Shown here: positions 28,538 through 38,036 of the stretch, piece by piece
How the letters are laid out: every line of letters starts with the position of its first letter
How positions within the stretch are numbered: position 1 is the stretch's first letter
Origin: Candidatus Woesearchaeota archaeon
Lineage (GTDB): Archaea > Nanobdellota > Nanobdellia > Pacearchaeales > GW2011-AR1
Direction: 5' to 3'
Assembly (NCBI GenBank): GCA_964413095.1
Contig: CAYPRJ010000001.1
Location: forward strand, 6,975-70,974
DNA length: 64,000 nt
Made by a program: the position numbers and the translations under genes
Notes under the pieces: generated by a model
Database searches by the model: none
Told to the model about the DNA's origin: nothing
The model's input: only the letters and a program-made list of their open reading frames with translations

Positions 28538-28784
28538 CTTCAAATTTATCTAATATATTTTCATTATATTTCTTGATGAACTTTCCTGCTTCATCCATCT
28601 CTTCTATTGTTGATGCTATATGCATATTAGCTCTTTCTTCAAGTTTTGCTCTTATTCTAACTGGTGTTTTATCTAATTGTTTATGAAACCAGATTTTATT
28701 GATATTATTATTGCCTTGGACATATATATAATTCCCCTTTATTCTCTTGACTAAGAAATATTCCCAGGCCATATCTGTGAGCAA
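28530..28784 (-). CDS. hypothetical protein
   Basis: 84-aa ORF with no recognised motif. Confidence 0.25.
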   Translation of the reverse strand: MLTDMAWEYFLVKRIKGNYIYVQGNNNINKIWFHKQLDKTPVRIRAKLEERANMHIASTIEEMDEAGKFIKKYNENILDKFEAN

Positions 28785-28813
28785 TAATAAATATATTTAA
28801 TAATTTCTGTCTT

Positions 28814-29074
28814 TTGTTATATATTCCAAAAACTTATAAATTAAAAAATCAGAACTCCTATCAATTTTGTTTTACTAATTATAATAAACATTTACTTAGA
28901 GGTGTTAGAAATTCTCTATTGAGTATTGGTATTAATTGTTCAAAAATTAGTAGTAGGGATATTTATATTACTAAAAAATCTGAATTAAGAAAGTTTTTAA
29001 AACTAATAGGGTTCAATAATGATAGGCATCTTAAAAAAATTAAGATGTGGAAACTTGATAGCCCCATAGTCTAG
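28814..29074 (+). pseudogene. truncated paralog (C-terminal half only) of the LAGLIDADG protein at 40711-41334, abutting a tRNA
   Basis: LLRGVRNSLLSIGINCSKISS aligns to LIKGVSKLCDELNLNCSKIKI of the 207-aa LAGLIDADG protein. No LAGLIDADG motif is retained. The stop lies inside the 5' end of the downstream tRNA. Confidence 0.45.
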
Positions 29075-29202
29075 CGGTCAAATTCTTTTGTGCTGTAAAA
29101 AGTACATAGAAGACTATAGATACAGCCCTTTGGACAGGAGATTTAATAACTAAGTCAAATGATGGAAAGGCTGTGACCTCGGTTCGAATCCGAGTGGGGC
29201 TA
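29060..29202 (+). tRNA. tRNA-Gln(TTG) candidate with two introns (D-loop ~36 nt, anticodon loop ~34 nt)
   Basis: Acceptor AGCCCCA/TGGGGCT, T-arm CTCGG-TTCGAAT-CCGAG, anticodon stem CAGCC/GGCTG with loop CTTTGG..A. Folded by hand, so the anticodon is tentative. Confidence 0.5.
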
Positions 29203-29285
29203 TTTATTTTTTTAATGAGGATAATATTTTCTTATAAATATCAAGATATATAATATTCTTATGGTGCTCTTACTAAACTGATTTT

Positions 29286-29645
29286 TTGTTTGGAAAAATA
29301 TTTATACTACTGTTCTTGATTAAGATTATGAAACCAGCGCAGTTAACTTCTGAAGAAGAATGTTTAGTTAATTGTGAAAAGGAAAAAATTTTATTAGAAA
29401 TTATTAAAGGTATGGATTTAAAAGAAATGAAATCTTTTGATTGTTATCAGCCCCGTGATTTAAAGCATTATAATTCTTTGGAGAAATATTGGTGTGATAC
29501 AGAAAGACATCTTATAAGAGATAAATTGCATAAAGAGCCTAATGATTTGGAGTTAATAGAAGATGCTAAGGTTAATCATAACTTTGAAAGATTTAGAGTT
29601 TGGTATGTTTTGAATTTTCCAGAAAAAGTAAAGAGAAAAGATTAA
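29286..29645 (+). CDS. hypothetical protein (likely starts at internal MKPAQL, nt ~29328)
   Basis: ORF only. The Cys pattern CLVNCEKE...CYQP...WCD is unassigned. Confidence 0.3.
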   Translation: MFGKIFILLFLIKIMKPAQLTSEEECLVNCEKEKILLEIIKGMDLKEMKSFDCYQPRDLKHYNSLEKYWCDTERHLIRDKLHKEPNDLELIEDAKVNHNFERFRVWYVLNFPEKVKRKD

Positions 29646-30376
29646 TGTTTATATCTTCCTCTTTTTTCTACTTTGTTTAATTGATTTAATGTTTTTTTAG
29701 CATCTTTTGATTTTTTATAACCTTTAAGGAATTGTTCATAGAGTGTTTTCCAATTTTTGAAGTGTTTTGATTCAAGTGCTTGACGCAATAAATGGATATC
29801 AACTGCTTTGTCCTCATATTTCCTACTTATAAAACCTAAGCCAAAGTCTATGAAGAAGATTATAGGTTCGCTTCGCTCACTTATTGATTTAGATTTTGTT
29901 AAAGTTTTAGTTTGTTGAGAGTTTTTGTTATTAGCATCTAAATTATCAATCTGCGAGAGTGAGCGAGCAGGAGTCTCAAATGCCGATGGCACGAAAATCA
30001 TATTGCTTGTGGTTAAATCTCCATGAATTATATTTTCATCATGAAGTTTTGCTACTTGATTTCCTATTTGTTCGCAAATTTGTTTTTGTTTTGTTAAAGA
30101 AAAATCATCTAGATGTTCAGAAAGTTTTTTGCCGTCGATAAAAAGCATTTTTATAATTGTCTTATCTTTTGATTCTTGAGGAGTTGGTGAATTTATTATT
30201 TTGCCTGCTTTTGTTAAAAGTTTTTTTTCTGCTTTTGTTCTTCGTTTTCTGATTGTTTCATCAAGTTCTTTTAATCTATAAGATTTTGGAATTCTGTCTT
30301 TGATAATGATATTATTCTTTTTATCTAAAATGATTTTTGCTTCAGCTCCTTGTTGTATTAAGGTTTTTTGTGTCAT
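29642..30376 (-). CDS. bud32: KEOPS complex Bud32-type atypical protein kinase with low-complexity insertion
   Basis: IIHGDLTTSNMI catalytic loop, FIDFGLGF and AVDIHLL match the Bud32/RIO-type kinase. Confidence 0.7.
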   Translation of the reverse strand: MTQKTLIQQGAEAKIILDKKNNIIIKDRIPKSYRLKELDETIRKRRTKAEKKLLTKAGKIINSPTPQESKDKTIIKMLFIDGKKLSEHLDDFSLTKQKQICEQIGNQVAKLHDENIIHGDLTTSNMIFVPSAFETPARSLSQIDNLDANNKNSQQTKTLTKSKSISERSEPIIFFIDFGLGFISRKYEDKAVDIHLLRQALESKHFKNWKTLYEQFLKGYKKSKDAKKTLNQLNKVEKRGRYKH

Positions 30377-30851
30377 GATTATTTTGCAAGATTTTATTTA
30401 TTATATTCGTTGTTGAATATCCTTTTTCAATTGGAAAAGTTATAAATTTCCCGTTCCATAATTTTAATAATTCTTTTTCCTGACTTATTCTTTTCTTTAT
30501 AAAAGTTCCTCCTTTTACATGTATGTCTGGTTTTATTCTTTTTAATATTTCTAAGGGAGTTTCTTGTTCAAAGATTATTATATAATCTATGTATTGAATT
30601 CCTGAGAGTATTATTGCCCTATCTTTTTGATTGAGTATTGGTCTCCCCTCCCCTTTGTTTTTCTTTATTGAGGAATCTGAATTTAATAGAACAATTAATA
30701 TATCTCCTCTTTTCTTTGCTTTTTCAAAAATTCTAATATGTGCAGGATGAATTATATCAAAAGAACCATTTGTGGTTACAATTTTTTTATTTTGCTCTCT
30801 TATTTTCTCTATAATAGGTAATGCTTCTTTTAATGTTTTTAATTTCTTCAT
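30342..30851 (-). CDS. D-glycero-beta-D-manno-heptose 1-phosphate adenylyltransferase (RfaE/HldE domain II, cytidylyltransferase fold)
   Basis: TNGSFDIIHPAHIRIFEKAKKRGD is the GxFDxxHxGH nucleotidyltransferase motif. 169 aa, adjacent to the kinase domain gene. Confidence 0.6.
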   Translation of the reverse strand: MKKLKTLKEALPIIEKIREQNKKIVTTNGSFDIIHPAHIRIFEKAKKRGDILIVLLNSDSSIKKNKGEGRPILNQKDRAIILSGIQYIDYIIIFEQETPLEILKRIKPDIHVKGGTFIKKRISQEKELLKLWNGKFITFPIEKGYSTTNIINKILQNNHDTKNLNTTRS

Positions 30852-30907
30852 TTTATTTATTTAAAATTCAAATTTTTGATTTATATAGCACCAAAGAATA
30901 GTATAAA

Positions 30908-31870
30908 TTATTTTTGGTTATAAATAGAAGATTGAAGTTCTTTAAGAGTTACTTTTGCAGTTCCTGGTTTGGCTATAACTATCCCTGCTGCGTAATTTGC
31001 AATTTCTGCTGATTGATTTAAGTTAGCACTTGAAGCTAAAGATAGAGCAATTGCCGAAATGACTGTATCACCTGCTCCAGTAATATCAAAAATTTTTTTT
31101 GCCTTTGTAGGTATGTCATGAACCCCCTTATTAAAAATACTCATTCCCTCTTTTCCACGAGTAATAATTATATTTGTGTTTAAATCCTCTGTTAATTTTT
31201 TTCCTGCATAATGAATATCTTTTAGTGAGTTATAATCTAAATTTTGAGAAATCATTTGTATAGATTCTTCTTTATTTGGGGTAATTAGGTAAATATCTTT
31301 ATAGCTATTCATATTTTTGGGTTTTGGGTCTGCAATTATTCTTTTTCCTGTAGCACGTAAGTAATTTATTAAAGACGAATTTACTACCCCTTTTGCATAA
31401 TCTGAAATAACTATTAGATCTGAATTTTTTATCATCTCATAATGTTCTTTTAAATTTATTTTTTTAGGAGCTATTTCTTCATCATCTATTCTTGTAATTT
31501 GTTGGCCATTGGATATTATTCTTGTTTTTTGTGTTGTTTTTTTATTATAAAAGGGGATAAAATGAATATTTTCTTTTTTAATTATCTCTTTGAATTTTTC
31601 TCCTGCAAAATTTTTTCCAATACTTCCAAAAAGAGTCACTTTTCCTTCAAGAGAAGAAATATTTGCTGCAACATTTGCAGCTCCCCCTAAAGTATAAATT
31701 TCATTTTCTAATTTTACAACTGGGACTGGTGCTTCTGGACTAATTCTCACAGAATTTCCGTAGATAAAATGGTCAAGAATTAGATCTCCAATAACAATAA
31801 TTTTTTTATCTTTGAAATTTTTTGTTATCTCTAATAAATTTTTTTTGCAAGAAGAATTAAAAAATTTCAT
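30908..31870 (-). CDS. PfkB-family sugar kinase, RfaE/HldE domain I-like (heptose 7-phosphate kinase)
   Basis: The GGAANVAANI and DITGAGDTVISAIALSLA motifs of the ribokinase/HldE kinase family. Confidence 0.6.
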   Translation of the reverse strand: MKFFNSSCKKNLLEITKNFKDKKIIVIGDLILDHFIYGNSVRISPEAPVPVVKLENEIYTLGGAANVAANISSLEGKVTLFGSIGKNFAGEKFKEIIKKENIHFIPFYNKKTTQKTRIISNGQQITRIDDEEIAPKKINLKEHYEMIKNSDLIVISDYAKGVVNSSLINYLRATGKRIIADPKPKNMNSYKDIYLITPNKEESIQMISQNLDYNSLKDIHYAGKKLTEDLNTNIIITRGKEGMSIFNKGVHDIPTKAKKIFDITGAGDTVISAIALSLASSANLNQSAEIANYAAGIVIAKPGTAKVTLKELQSSIYNQK

Positions 31871-31882
31871 TTTGAAATTTCT

Positions 31883-34800
31883 TTATAGCCGAAATTTCCC
31901 TCCTTTCATAAACTTCTTAGCCATTTTCATAAGTTGCTTTTGTGACATGGCTTTTTCTGGGTTCATACCAGACATGCCTTCTTTAATCATTTCATTAAGC
32001 ATTTTGTATTGTTTTAATAAAGAACGAACATCACTTCCATGAACTCCTGCTCCTTTTGCTATTCTGGCAATGCGGGAAGTTTCTTTTTCCAAGAGCTCTG
32101 GATTTTCTTTTTCTTCTGGTGTCATTGATTTAACTATATGCTCCCATTTTGAAATTTTAGCTTCTTGATTTTCTAAGAGATTTTCAGGAACCTTTTTTTC
32201 TATGTTCGCAAAACCAGGAACCATGTTTTTTATTTTATCTAAACCTCCCATAGAGCCCATTGATTTAACTTGTTCTATAACATCTTCAATAGAAAGTTTT
32301 CCTTCCTGAAGCCGCTTTTGCATAGCTTCTTGTTTTTTTCCTCCTGTTGCTGATTTTATTTTTTCAATCAAGGACTGCAAATCACCCATACCAAGAAGTC
32401 TTGAGAGAAAATTTTCTGGATTAAATTCTTCTATGTCATTTGCTTTTTCTCCTGTTCCTATAAAATAAACAGGAGCCTTCACTTCATTACAAGCTGTTAA
32501 AGCTCCTCCTGCCTTGGCAGTTGAGTCCATTCTCGTTATTATAACTCCAGAGATATTTACTGCTTCTTTAAATTGAGAAGCTTGTTGGTGTGCTGCCTGC
32601 CCAATATCTGCAGGCATAACTAGGATGTTTTCAGTTGGTTTTATTGTTTTTTCTAGTTGTTTTATCTCTTTAATTAGCTCTTTGTCTAAAGTGTGTCTAC
32701 CTGCTGTATCAATAAGAATTAAATCATAATCTTTCAGTTCTCTTTCAAACTTTTTCCAGATTTTTATTGGATTTTTTTCTTTGGCATCTATGAAGCAATT
32801 TAAATTATATTTTTCTGCAAGTTGTTTTAATTGTTCTGGAGCTGCTGGTCTATGTGTGTCCAATCCTACAAGAGCAACTTTGTGCCCTCTTTTAGCGTAA
32901 TAATTTCCAATTTTTGCAATTGTTGTTGTATTGTGCACAACTATTCCATCAGCCAAAAAACTGTGATTATCTTCCACTGTTAAATCATAAACAAATTTTT
33001 CATCATTTTTAATATGATTAATCTCTTTTACTGGAGTCCAACAAATATTAGAAGATGAAAGAAGTTCAAAAGATTTTAACAGAGGCTCTAATTTACTTTT
33101 ATGTATAATTTGTAAATATTGCATTCCTCTTTCAGTTAGAGAATTTTTAATTCCTTTTTCTACAAATCCTTCTTGTTTCAAATGTTTTAAAATACCATTA
33201 ACTGCCCTATATGAATATTTATTTGATATGGATATATTATTTGAGATATCATTTAAGATACCCAAAAAAACTCCTTCTTTTTTCATTCTGTAATATAATA
33301 GGAGTTTTTTCAATTGTTCTTTTGAGATCAATCCTTTTTTTTCATATATTCCATAGCTATAAACCGCATTTTCTTGTATTTCTCCTATTGAGAAACCAAG
33401 AGCAAACCTTAATGCTTTTAATGAATTTCCTAAAGGAATCATGTCTTGATTCCCTGCTCCTTGTATCTTTCCAATCTGATTATACTTTTCTGTTATTTTT
33501 TGTTTGTAATTTATCAAATATCCTATTTTTTCAGAATAAATCTCAGCATATTTTCCTTTAATATATAATGTCCAATAAGAAATATTATTAATAATCTTTT
33601 TAGATATAGATGATAATATTCCAAGTCTTCTAAGGAGTAAGGACATTTGTTGTAGATTTATGTAGCTTTCTGATGATACTTCTATATACCTCTTATTTTT
33701 GCTTGGTGAAGAATCACAATCAAAATAAGCTTTTATGAATGACCTAATTACTTCATTATTTGAAAGCATTATCTGCTTTGGGATTTCAAGATTTCTTCCT
33801 TTCTTTCCTACGTTAAATCCAAATTTCTGTAATATTTTAACTAAAGTAACTGAATTTAATCTAATGTAGTAAAGATTTTTACTTCTCTTATCTTTTGTTA
33901 AAGTAGGAGTTAAATTAAAAATAATTTTGGATAGCTCAATAATTCTATTTATTATTTCAATATCCTCGTTTGATATATGTATACTTCTTTCGCTAATATA
34001 ACCATCACCTATGACATATCCTATAAATTCTGACAATTCTTGAGTTAGATGAAGGGGAAAAGATATTATTTTACTACTCTTTACATGTTTTAATCTTAAG
34101 AAATTATATTTTTCTTTTTCTATAAATTCTATTGGTATTCTTCCTTTGTTAATAATTGAGGTAAGGTAACTATAATTTTTTTTATATTTTAAATTACTGT
34201 ATCCCTCCTTTATTGAATTGTATTTTTTTAAGATATTTTGTTTAGCTTCTTTGGGGGTTAAATAAGCTTCTAAATTGAGATTTTTTATATAATCGAATAA
34301 ATTTATTGTTTTCCCTTCTATTTCTATTTTATTGGGAATAGATATGAAATCCTCTTTTGTTAACTCATCAGCCCTTATTTGAGTGATTTGTCCATTTTTT
34401 AGGACAAAAAAGGGATGCTCTGGTGTTACTTTAATTGAAGAGTCATTTCCATTACCAATTTTGACTTCAATCAATTCATCTTTTTTTAATTTCCATAAAT
34501 AAGTCGCTTTTTTATTCTCAATTTTTAAAGTTTTAGGATTAAATGATGGGATCTGTAATCTTTTATCTTGTATGTTGATTATTTTTCCATCCTCTATATT
34601 TTCTTCTAAATCTTTATATCTTTCATATAATTTTTTTGCTTTGATTATCTCTCCATTTCCCAGCTGGATTTTACTTTCTGAATGAACACATTTTCCTGCT
34701 CCATATAAACCAAGGAGTATAATTCTGTTTTGTTCTTTGCTTTGTAAAGCTAATTGTTTATGCTCTCCAAGAATTTCAACTAACTCATCATGTAATAGTT

Positions 34801-35023
34801 TTATTATATGTTCTTTTTTGTCTATTTCTTTTATTTTTTCATCTAATGCAGTTTTTTTTATTTTATCACTTAAATCCTTAACTAAAGACACATTTACATC
34901 TGCTTCAATCATAGCTCTTTGCAAATCTCTGACAACAGAATCAACAAGATTTTTATCTAAGAATATAGCATTAGCTATTTTGTTTGTTGCTTTTCTTAAC
35001 ACTTCTCCTAATTTTTCTAGCAT
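31883..35023 (-). CDS. srp54: signal recognition particle protein SRP54 containing one intein
   Basis: N domain, G domain with GLYGAGK|..|TTTIAKIG, DTAGRH, and an M domain with a Met-rich C-terminus. 1046 aa because of the intein. Confidence 0.9.
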   Translation of the reverse strand: MLEKLGEVLRKATNKIANAIFLDKNLVDSVVRDLQRAMIEADVNVSLVKDLSDKIKKTALDEKIKEIDKKEHIIKLLHDELVEILGEHKQLALQSKEQNRIILLGLYGAGKCVHSESKIQLGNGEIIKAKKLYERYKDLEENIEDGKIINIQDKRLQIPSFNPKTLKIENKKATYLWKLKKDELIEVKIGNGNDSSIKVTPEHPFFVLKNGQITQIRADELTKEDFISIPNKIEIEGKTINLFDYIKNLNLEAYLTPKEAKQNILKKYNSIKEGYSNLKYKKNYSYLTSIINKGRIPIEFIEKEKYNFLRLKHVKSSKIISFPLHLTQELSEFIGYVIGDGYISERSIHISNEDIEIINRIIELSKIIFNLTPTLTKDKRSKNLYYIRLNSVTLVKILQKFGFNVGKKGRNLEIPKQIMLSNNEVIRSFIKAYFDCDSSPSKNKRYIEVSSESYINLQQMSLLLRRLGILSSISKKIINNISYWTLYIKGKYAEIYSEKIGYLINYKQKITEKYNQIGKIQGAGNQDMIPLGNSLKALRFALGFSIGEIQENAVYSYGIYEKKGLISKEQLKKLLLYYRMKKEGVFLGILNDISNNISISNKYSYRAVNGILKHLKQEGFVEKGIKNSLTERGMQYLQIIHKSKLEPLLKSFELLSSSNICWTPVKEINHIKNDEKFVYDLTVEDNHSFLADGIVVHNTTTIAKIGNYYAKRGHKVALVGLDTHRPAAPEQLKQLAEKYNLNCFIDAKEKNPIKIWKKFERELKDYDLILIDTAGRHTLDKELIKEIKQLEKTIKPTENILVMPADIGQAAHQQASQFKEAVNISGVIITRMDSTAKAGGALTACNEVKAPVYFIGTGEKANDIEEFNPENFLSRLLGMGDLQSLIEKIKSATGGKKQEAMQKRLQEGKLSIEDVIEQVKSMGSMGGLDKIKNMVPGFANIEKKVPENLLENQEAKISKWEHIVKSMTPEEKENPELLEKETSRIARIAKGAGVHGSDVRSLLKQYKMLNEMIKEGMSGMNPEKAMSQKQLMKMAKKFMKGGKFRL
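32930..34690 (-). mobile_element. SRP54 intein (587 aa) in the P-loop, with LAGLIDADG domain
   Basis: Begins CVHSESKIQLGNGE after GAGK and ends DGIVVHN|TTT. LAGLIDADG blocks are FIGYVIGDGYIS and the surrounding DOD blocks. Confidence 0.85.
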
Positions 35024-35176
35024 TTTATATTAAATCCTATGAGACGGTAACTTTAAAATTTATTGCTTCTTTAGATTATTATGGAAAGAGATGAAAAATG
35101 TCATTGTGGAGCTAAGGCAACTTGTCCTAATGTTTGGGCTAGACCTATTAACCTAATAGAACTAGTTCATAGAGAA

Positions 35177-35392
35177 TTAATAAAGTTGTGGTTTTGAATT
35201 ATACTGGTTTTTTAAGTTCTTCATGTAAATTGAGGGAATCTTAAGAATTGTTACAATCTCATCAGTTTCCAGATTTTTCCTTTCATAATAAGAGGAGTGC
35301 TTTTTTTGTTGTTGAATCTGCTTTTCTATTTCTTTTATTTCCAGTCCTGTTTGTCTTCCTGCTTGAAATAGGGTTTTTATCAGATTTGTCAT
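35177..35392 (-). CDS. hypothetical small protein
   Basis: 71-aa ORF. Its upstream region contains a duplicated ftsY 3' end. Confidence 0.2.
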   Translation of the reverse strand: MTNLIKTLFQAGRQTGLEIKEIEKQIQQQKKHSSYYERKNLETDEIVTILKIPSIYMKNLKNQYNSKPQLY

Positions 35393-35443
35393 TTTTTAAT
35401 TATAATCCAAGTCTCTTAATAAATTTTTCCTTGTCAAATAAAA

Positions 35444-35575
35444 GAAACCAGCGGGTTTCTTTTTAACTTCCTCTAAATACTGAACGGCGACTCAGGAATT
35501 AAAATTCCTGGAACTTCAACTTTCACAAGATTGAAGTTTTTTAATTTCCTCCAATGAAATCGCAATGACTGCAGA
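35444..35575. repeat. repeated intergenic element, copy 1 (partner 42036-42120), possible small ncRNA
   Basis: Shared blocks aacttcctc.aa..actgaacggc and aatttcctccaatgaa.tcgcaatga. Begins with hairpin gaaaccagcgggtttc. Copy 1 carries an extra ~50-nt insertion with two hairpins. Confidence 0.6.
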
Positions 35576-35584
35576 AAAATTCAT

Positions 35585-36685
35585 TTATAATCCAAGTCTC
35601 TTAACAAATTTCTTTTTATCAAAAGGTTCAATTTTGTCATAAGCCTGTCCTGTGCCGAGGTAGAGAATTGGTTTTTTTGTTATATAGCCAACACTTAATG
35701 CAGTTCCGCCTTTTTCGTCTATGTCTGCTTTTGTTAAAACTATTCCATCTATTCCTATTGCCCAGTCAAAACTTTTTGCTTGTTCAATTGCATCGTTTCC
35801 TGTAATGCTTTCTCCTACAAAAATTTTCAAATCTGGTTTTGCAACTTTTGATATTTTTTCAATTTCTTTAATTAAATTTTTTGCAGTATGCATTCTTCCA
35901 GCAGTGTCTATTAACACACAATCAATGAAATTCTTTTTTGCATATTTTATTGCATCAAAAGCAACTGAAGCAGGATCACTTCCATATTCATTTGCTATTA
36001 CTTTTGTTCCTGTTTTTTCTCCATGCTCTTTTATTTGTTCTATAGAAGCAGCTCTGAATGTATCTGAAGCAGCAATCACACAAGAAACATCTTTCCCTTT
36101 TAACTGCTCTGCAACTTTTGCAATTGTTGTTGTTTTTCCTGAACCATTAATGCCACAAAATAAAATAACATAAGGCTCTTTACTTTGGTCAGAAAGTTTC
36201 TCTTTAATTTTTTCAGATAAATCAAAAGGCTCTATGAGAATTTCATTAATTATTTCTTTAAATGCATCTTTGATTTCTTCTTCTACTTCTTTTTTTAAAA
36301 GTTCTTTTCCAACAATTTTTTCTTTGAGTTGTTTGATAATTTTTTTAGAAACATCTAAAGCAACATTATTTTCTAAAAGGAGCATTTCAAGTTCTTCAGC
36401 ATAAATATTGAATTTTTCTTCAGAAATTTTAATTTTTGAAACTCTTGAAGTTATTTTTTTGAAAAAACCTTTTTCTCCAGGTTTTGGCTCCTCTTTTTCA
36501 ATTTCACTTTCTATTTCTGAAATTTTTTCTAAGTCAGGTTCATATTTATGTCCAGCAACATCGTACTTTTTTGGTATTTCTATTTCTTTCTCAGTTTTTT
36601 CTTTGTTTTTTTTAGAAACTTTTTTTGTCCAGTTTTGTATTTTCTCTTTTAATTTTCCAAACATATTTTTATGAATGTACTGCAA
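35585..36685 (-). CDS. ftsY: signal recognition particle receptor FtsY
   Basis: ILFCGINGSGKTTTIAKVA, DTAGR and the C-terminal G domain. 366 aa. Confidence 0.9.
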   Translation of the reverse strand: MQYIHKNMFGKLKEKIQNWTKKVSKKNKEKTEKEIEIPKKYDVAGHKYEPDLEKISEIESEIEKEEPKPGEKGFFKKITSRVSKIKISEEKFNIYAEELEMLLLENNVALDVSKKIIKQLKEKIVGKELLKKEVEEEIKDAFKEIINEILIEPFDLSEKIKEKLSDQSKEPYVILFCGINGSGKTTTIAKVAEQLKGKDVSCVIAASDTFRAASIEQIKEHGEKTGTKVIANEYGSDPASVAFDAIKYAKKNFIDCVLIDTAGRMHTAKNLIKEIEKISKVAKPDLKIFVGESITGNDAIEQAKSFDWAIGIDGIVLTKADIDEKGGTALSVGYITKKPILYLGTGQAYDKIEPFDKKKFVKRLGL

Positions 36686-36701
36686 TTTATAATGCTTTTT
36701 A

Positions 36702-37979
36702 TTGAGTATAAATTTTTATAAACAAGTGTTTCTCTATTATAATATGAAAGGAATATTAGTTATAATTGATGGGATGGGTGATTTGCCGCATAAGCTTTTG
36801 GAAGGCAAAACTCCTTTAGAAGCTGCAAATACTCCAAATCTTGATTTTTTTGCTACAAGAGGAGAGCTTGGTTTTTTATATCCTGTTAAACCAGGGTTTA
36901 TTCCAGAATCTGATGAAGCAATTGTTTCTATTTTTGGAAATGATTTGATTTCTAGTACAAGAGGGCAGTTAGAAGCAATTGGAGCAGGAATAAAAATGAC
37001 TCGTGGAGATTTAGCTTTAAGAGTTAATTTTGCAACAACTAATGAAGAAGGAGAAATTATTGATAGAAGAGCAGGAAGAACACTTACAAATTCTGAAGCA
37101 GAAAAACTTGCTAAATCAATTAATAAAATAAAAATGCCTGTTGATTTTGTTTTTAAAGCAACTATTCAACATAGAGGGGCACTTGTTTTTCGTGGTGGTT
37201 TTTCAGATAATATTTTACCAAATGATATGACTTATATTCAAGGAAAATCAAGCAGTATTTCTAGAATTAAAAACTGCAAGCCAACTGATGATGATGAAAA
37301 TTCTCAGTATACTGCAAATGTTGTTAATGAATTTTTAGACAAGGTTTATGAAGTTCTTAATAAACATCCAGTAAATGAGGAAAGAAGGAAAAAAGGTTTG
37401 TTGCCTGCTAATTATCTGCTTGTTAGAGGAGCAGGAATTGAATATCCTAAATTAAAAAAATACAAAAAATGGATATCTTTAAGTTATATGCCTCTTGAGA
37501 TAGGATTTTCAGAAGCTAGTGGCATGGATGTAATGAGTTTCAAATATCCTGCTTTAAAAAAATTAGATGCTTATGAAAATCTTTGGGAAGGTTTGAAAAA
37601 AGCATGTAAATTCTGTGCTAAGGAAATAAAGAAAAATCACAAGAAATTTGATTATGCTTATATTCACTTAAAAGAAACTGATTTGCCTGGGCACGATAAC
37701 AAGCCAATTGAAAAAAAAGAAATGATTGAATATATTGATAAAAATTTCTTTAGTTTTTTGAGAAAATTTACTCCTTCAAAAGATATTAAAATTGCTGTAA
37801 CAGCAGACCATTCAACTCCTTGCAAACTTAAAGATCATTCAGCAGACCCGGTTCCTGTTTTATTGTATAATAATTCTCTGCCAAAAGAAAAACACTTTTG
37901 TGAAAAAGAAGCAAGAAAAGGAACTTTAGGTAGAATTGTGGGAAAAGAGTTTTTAGAAAGGATAAGATTTGATAAATAG
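36702..37979 (+). CDS. apgM: 2,3-bisphosphoglycerate-independent phosphoglycerate mutase, archaeal type
   Basis: ILVIIDGMGD...TPNLD and the overall apgM pattern. The likely true start is MKGIL at ~36744. Confidence 0.8.
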   Translation: MSINFYKQVFLYYNMKGILVIIDGMGDLPHKLLEGKTPLEAANTPNLDFFATRGELGFLYPVKPGFIPESDEAIVSIFGNDLISSTRGQLEAIGAGIKMTRGDLALRVNFATTNEEGEIIDRRAGRTLTNSEAEKLAKSINKIKMPVDFVFKATIQHRGALVFRGGFSDNILPNDMTYIQGKSSSISRIKNCKPTDDDENSQYTANVVNEFLDKVYEVLNKHPVNEERRKKGLLPANYLLVRGAGIEYPKLKKYKKWISLSYMPLEIGFSEASGMDVMSFKYPALKKLDAYENLWEGLKKACKFCAKEIKKNHKKFDYAYIHLKETDLPGHDNKPIEKKEMIEYIDKNFFSFLRKFTPSKDIKIAVTADHSTPCKLKDHSADPVPVLLYNNSLPKEKHFCEKEARKGTLGRIVGKEFLERIRFDK

Positions 37980-38036
37980 TTTATTCTAATTATTAAATAT
38001 AGCAATAATTAAAAATCTTGAAGAACTTTTTGAAAT

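Noticed and set aside
36702-36743. ORF-table start of apgM at 36702
   Set aside because: The conserved phosphoglycerate mutase N-terminus begins at MKGILVIIDGMGD (36744). The upstream 14 codons are probably a frame extension.
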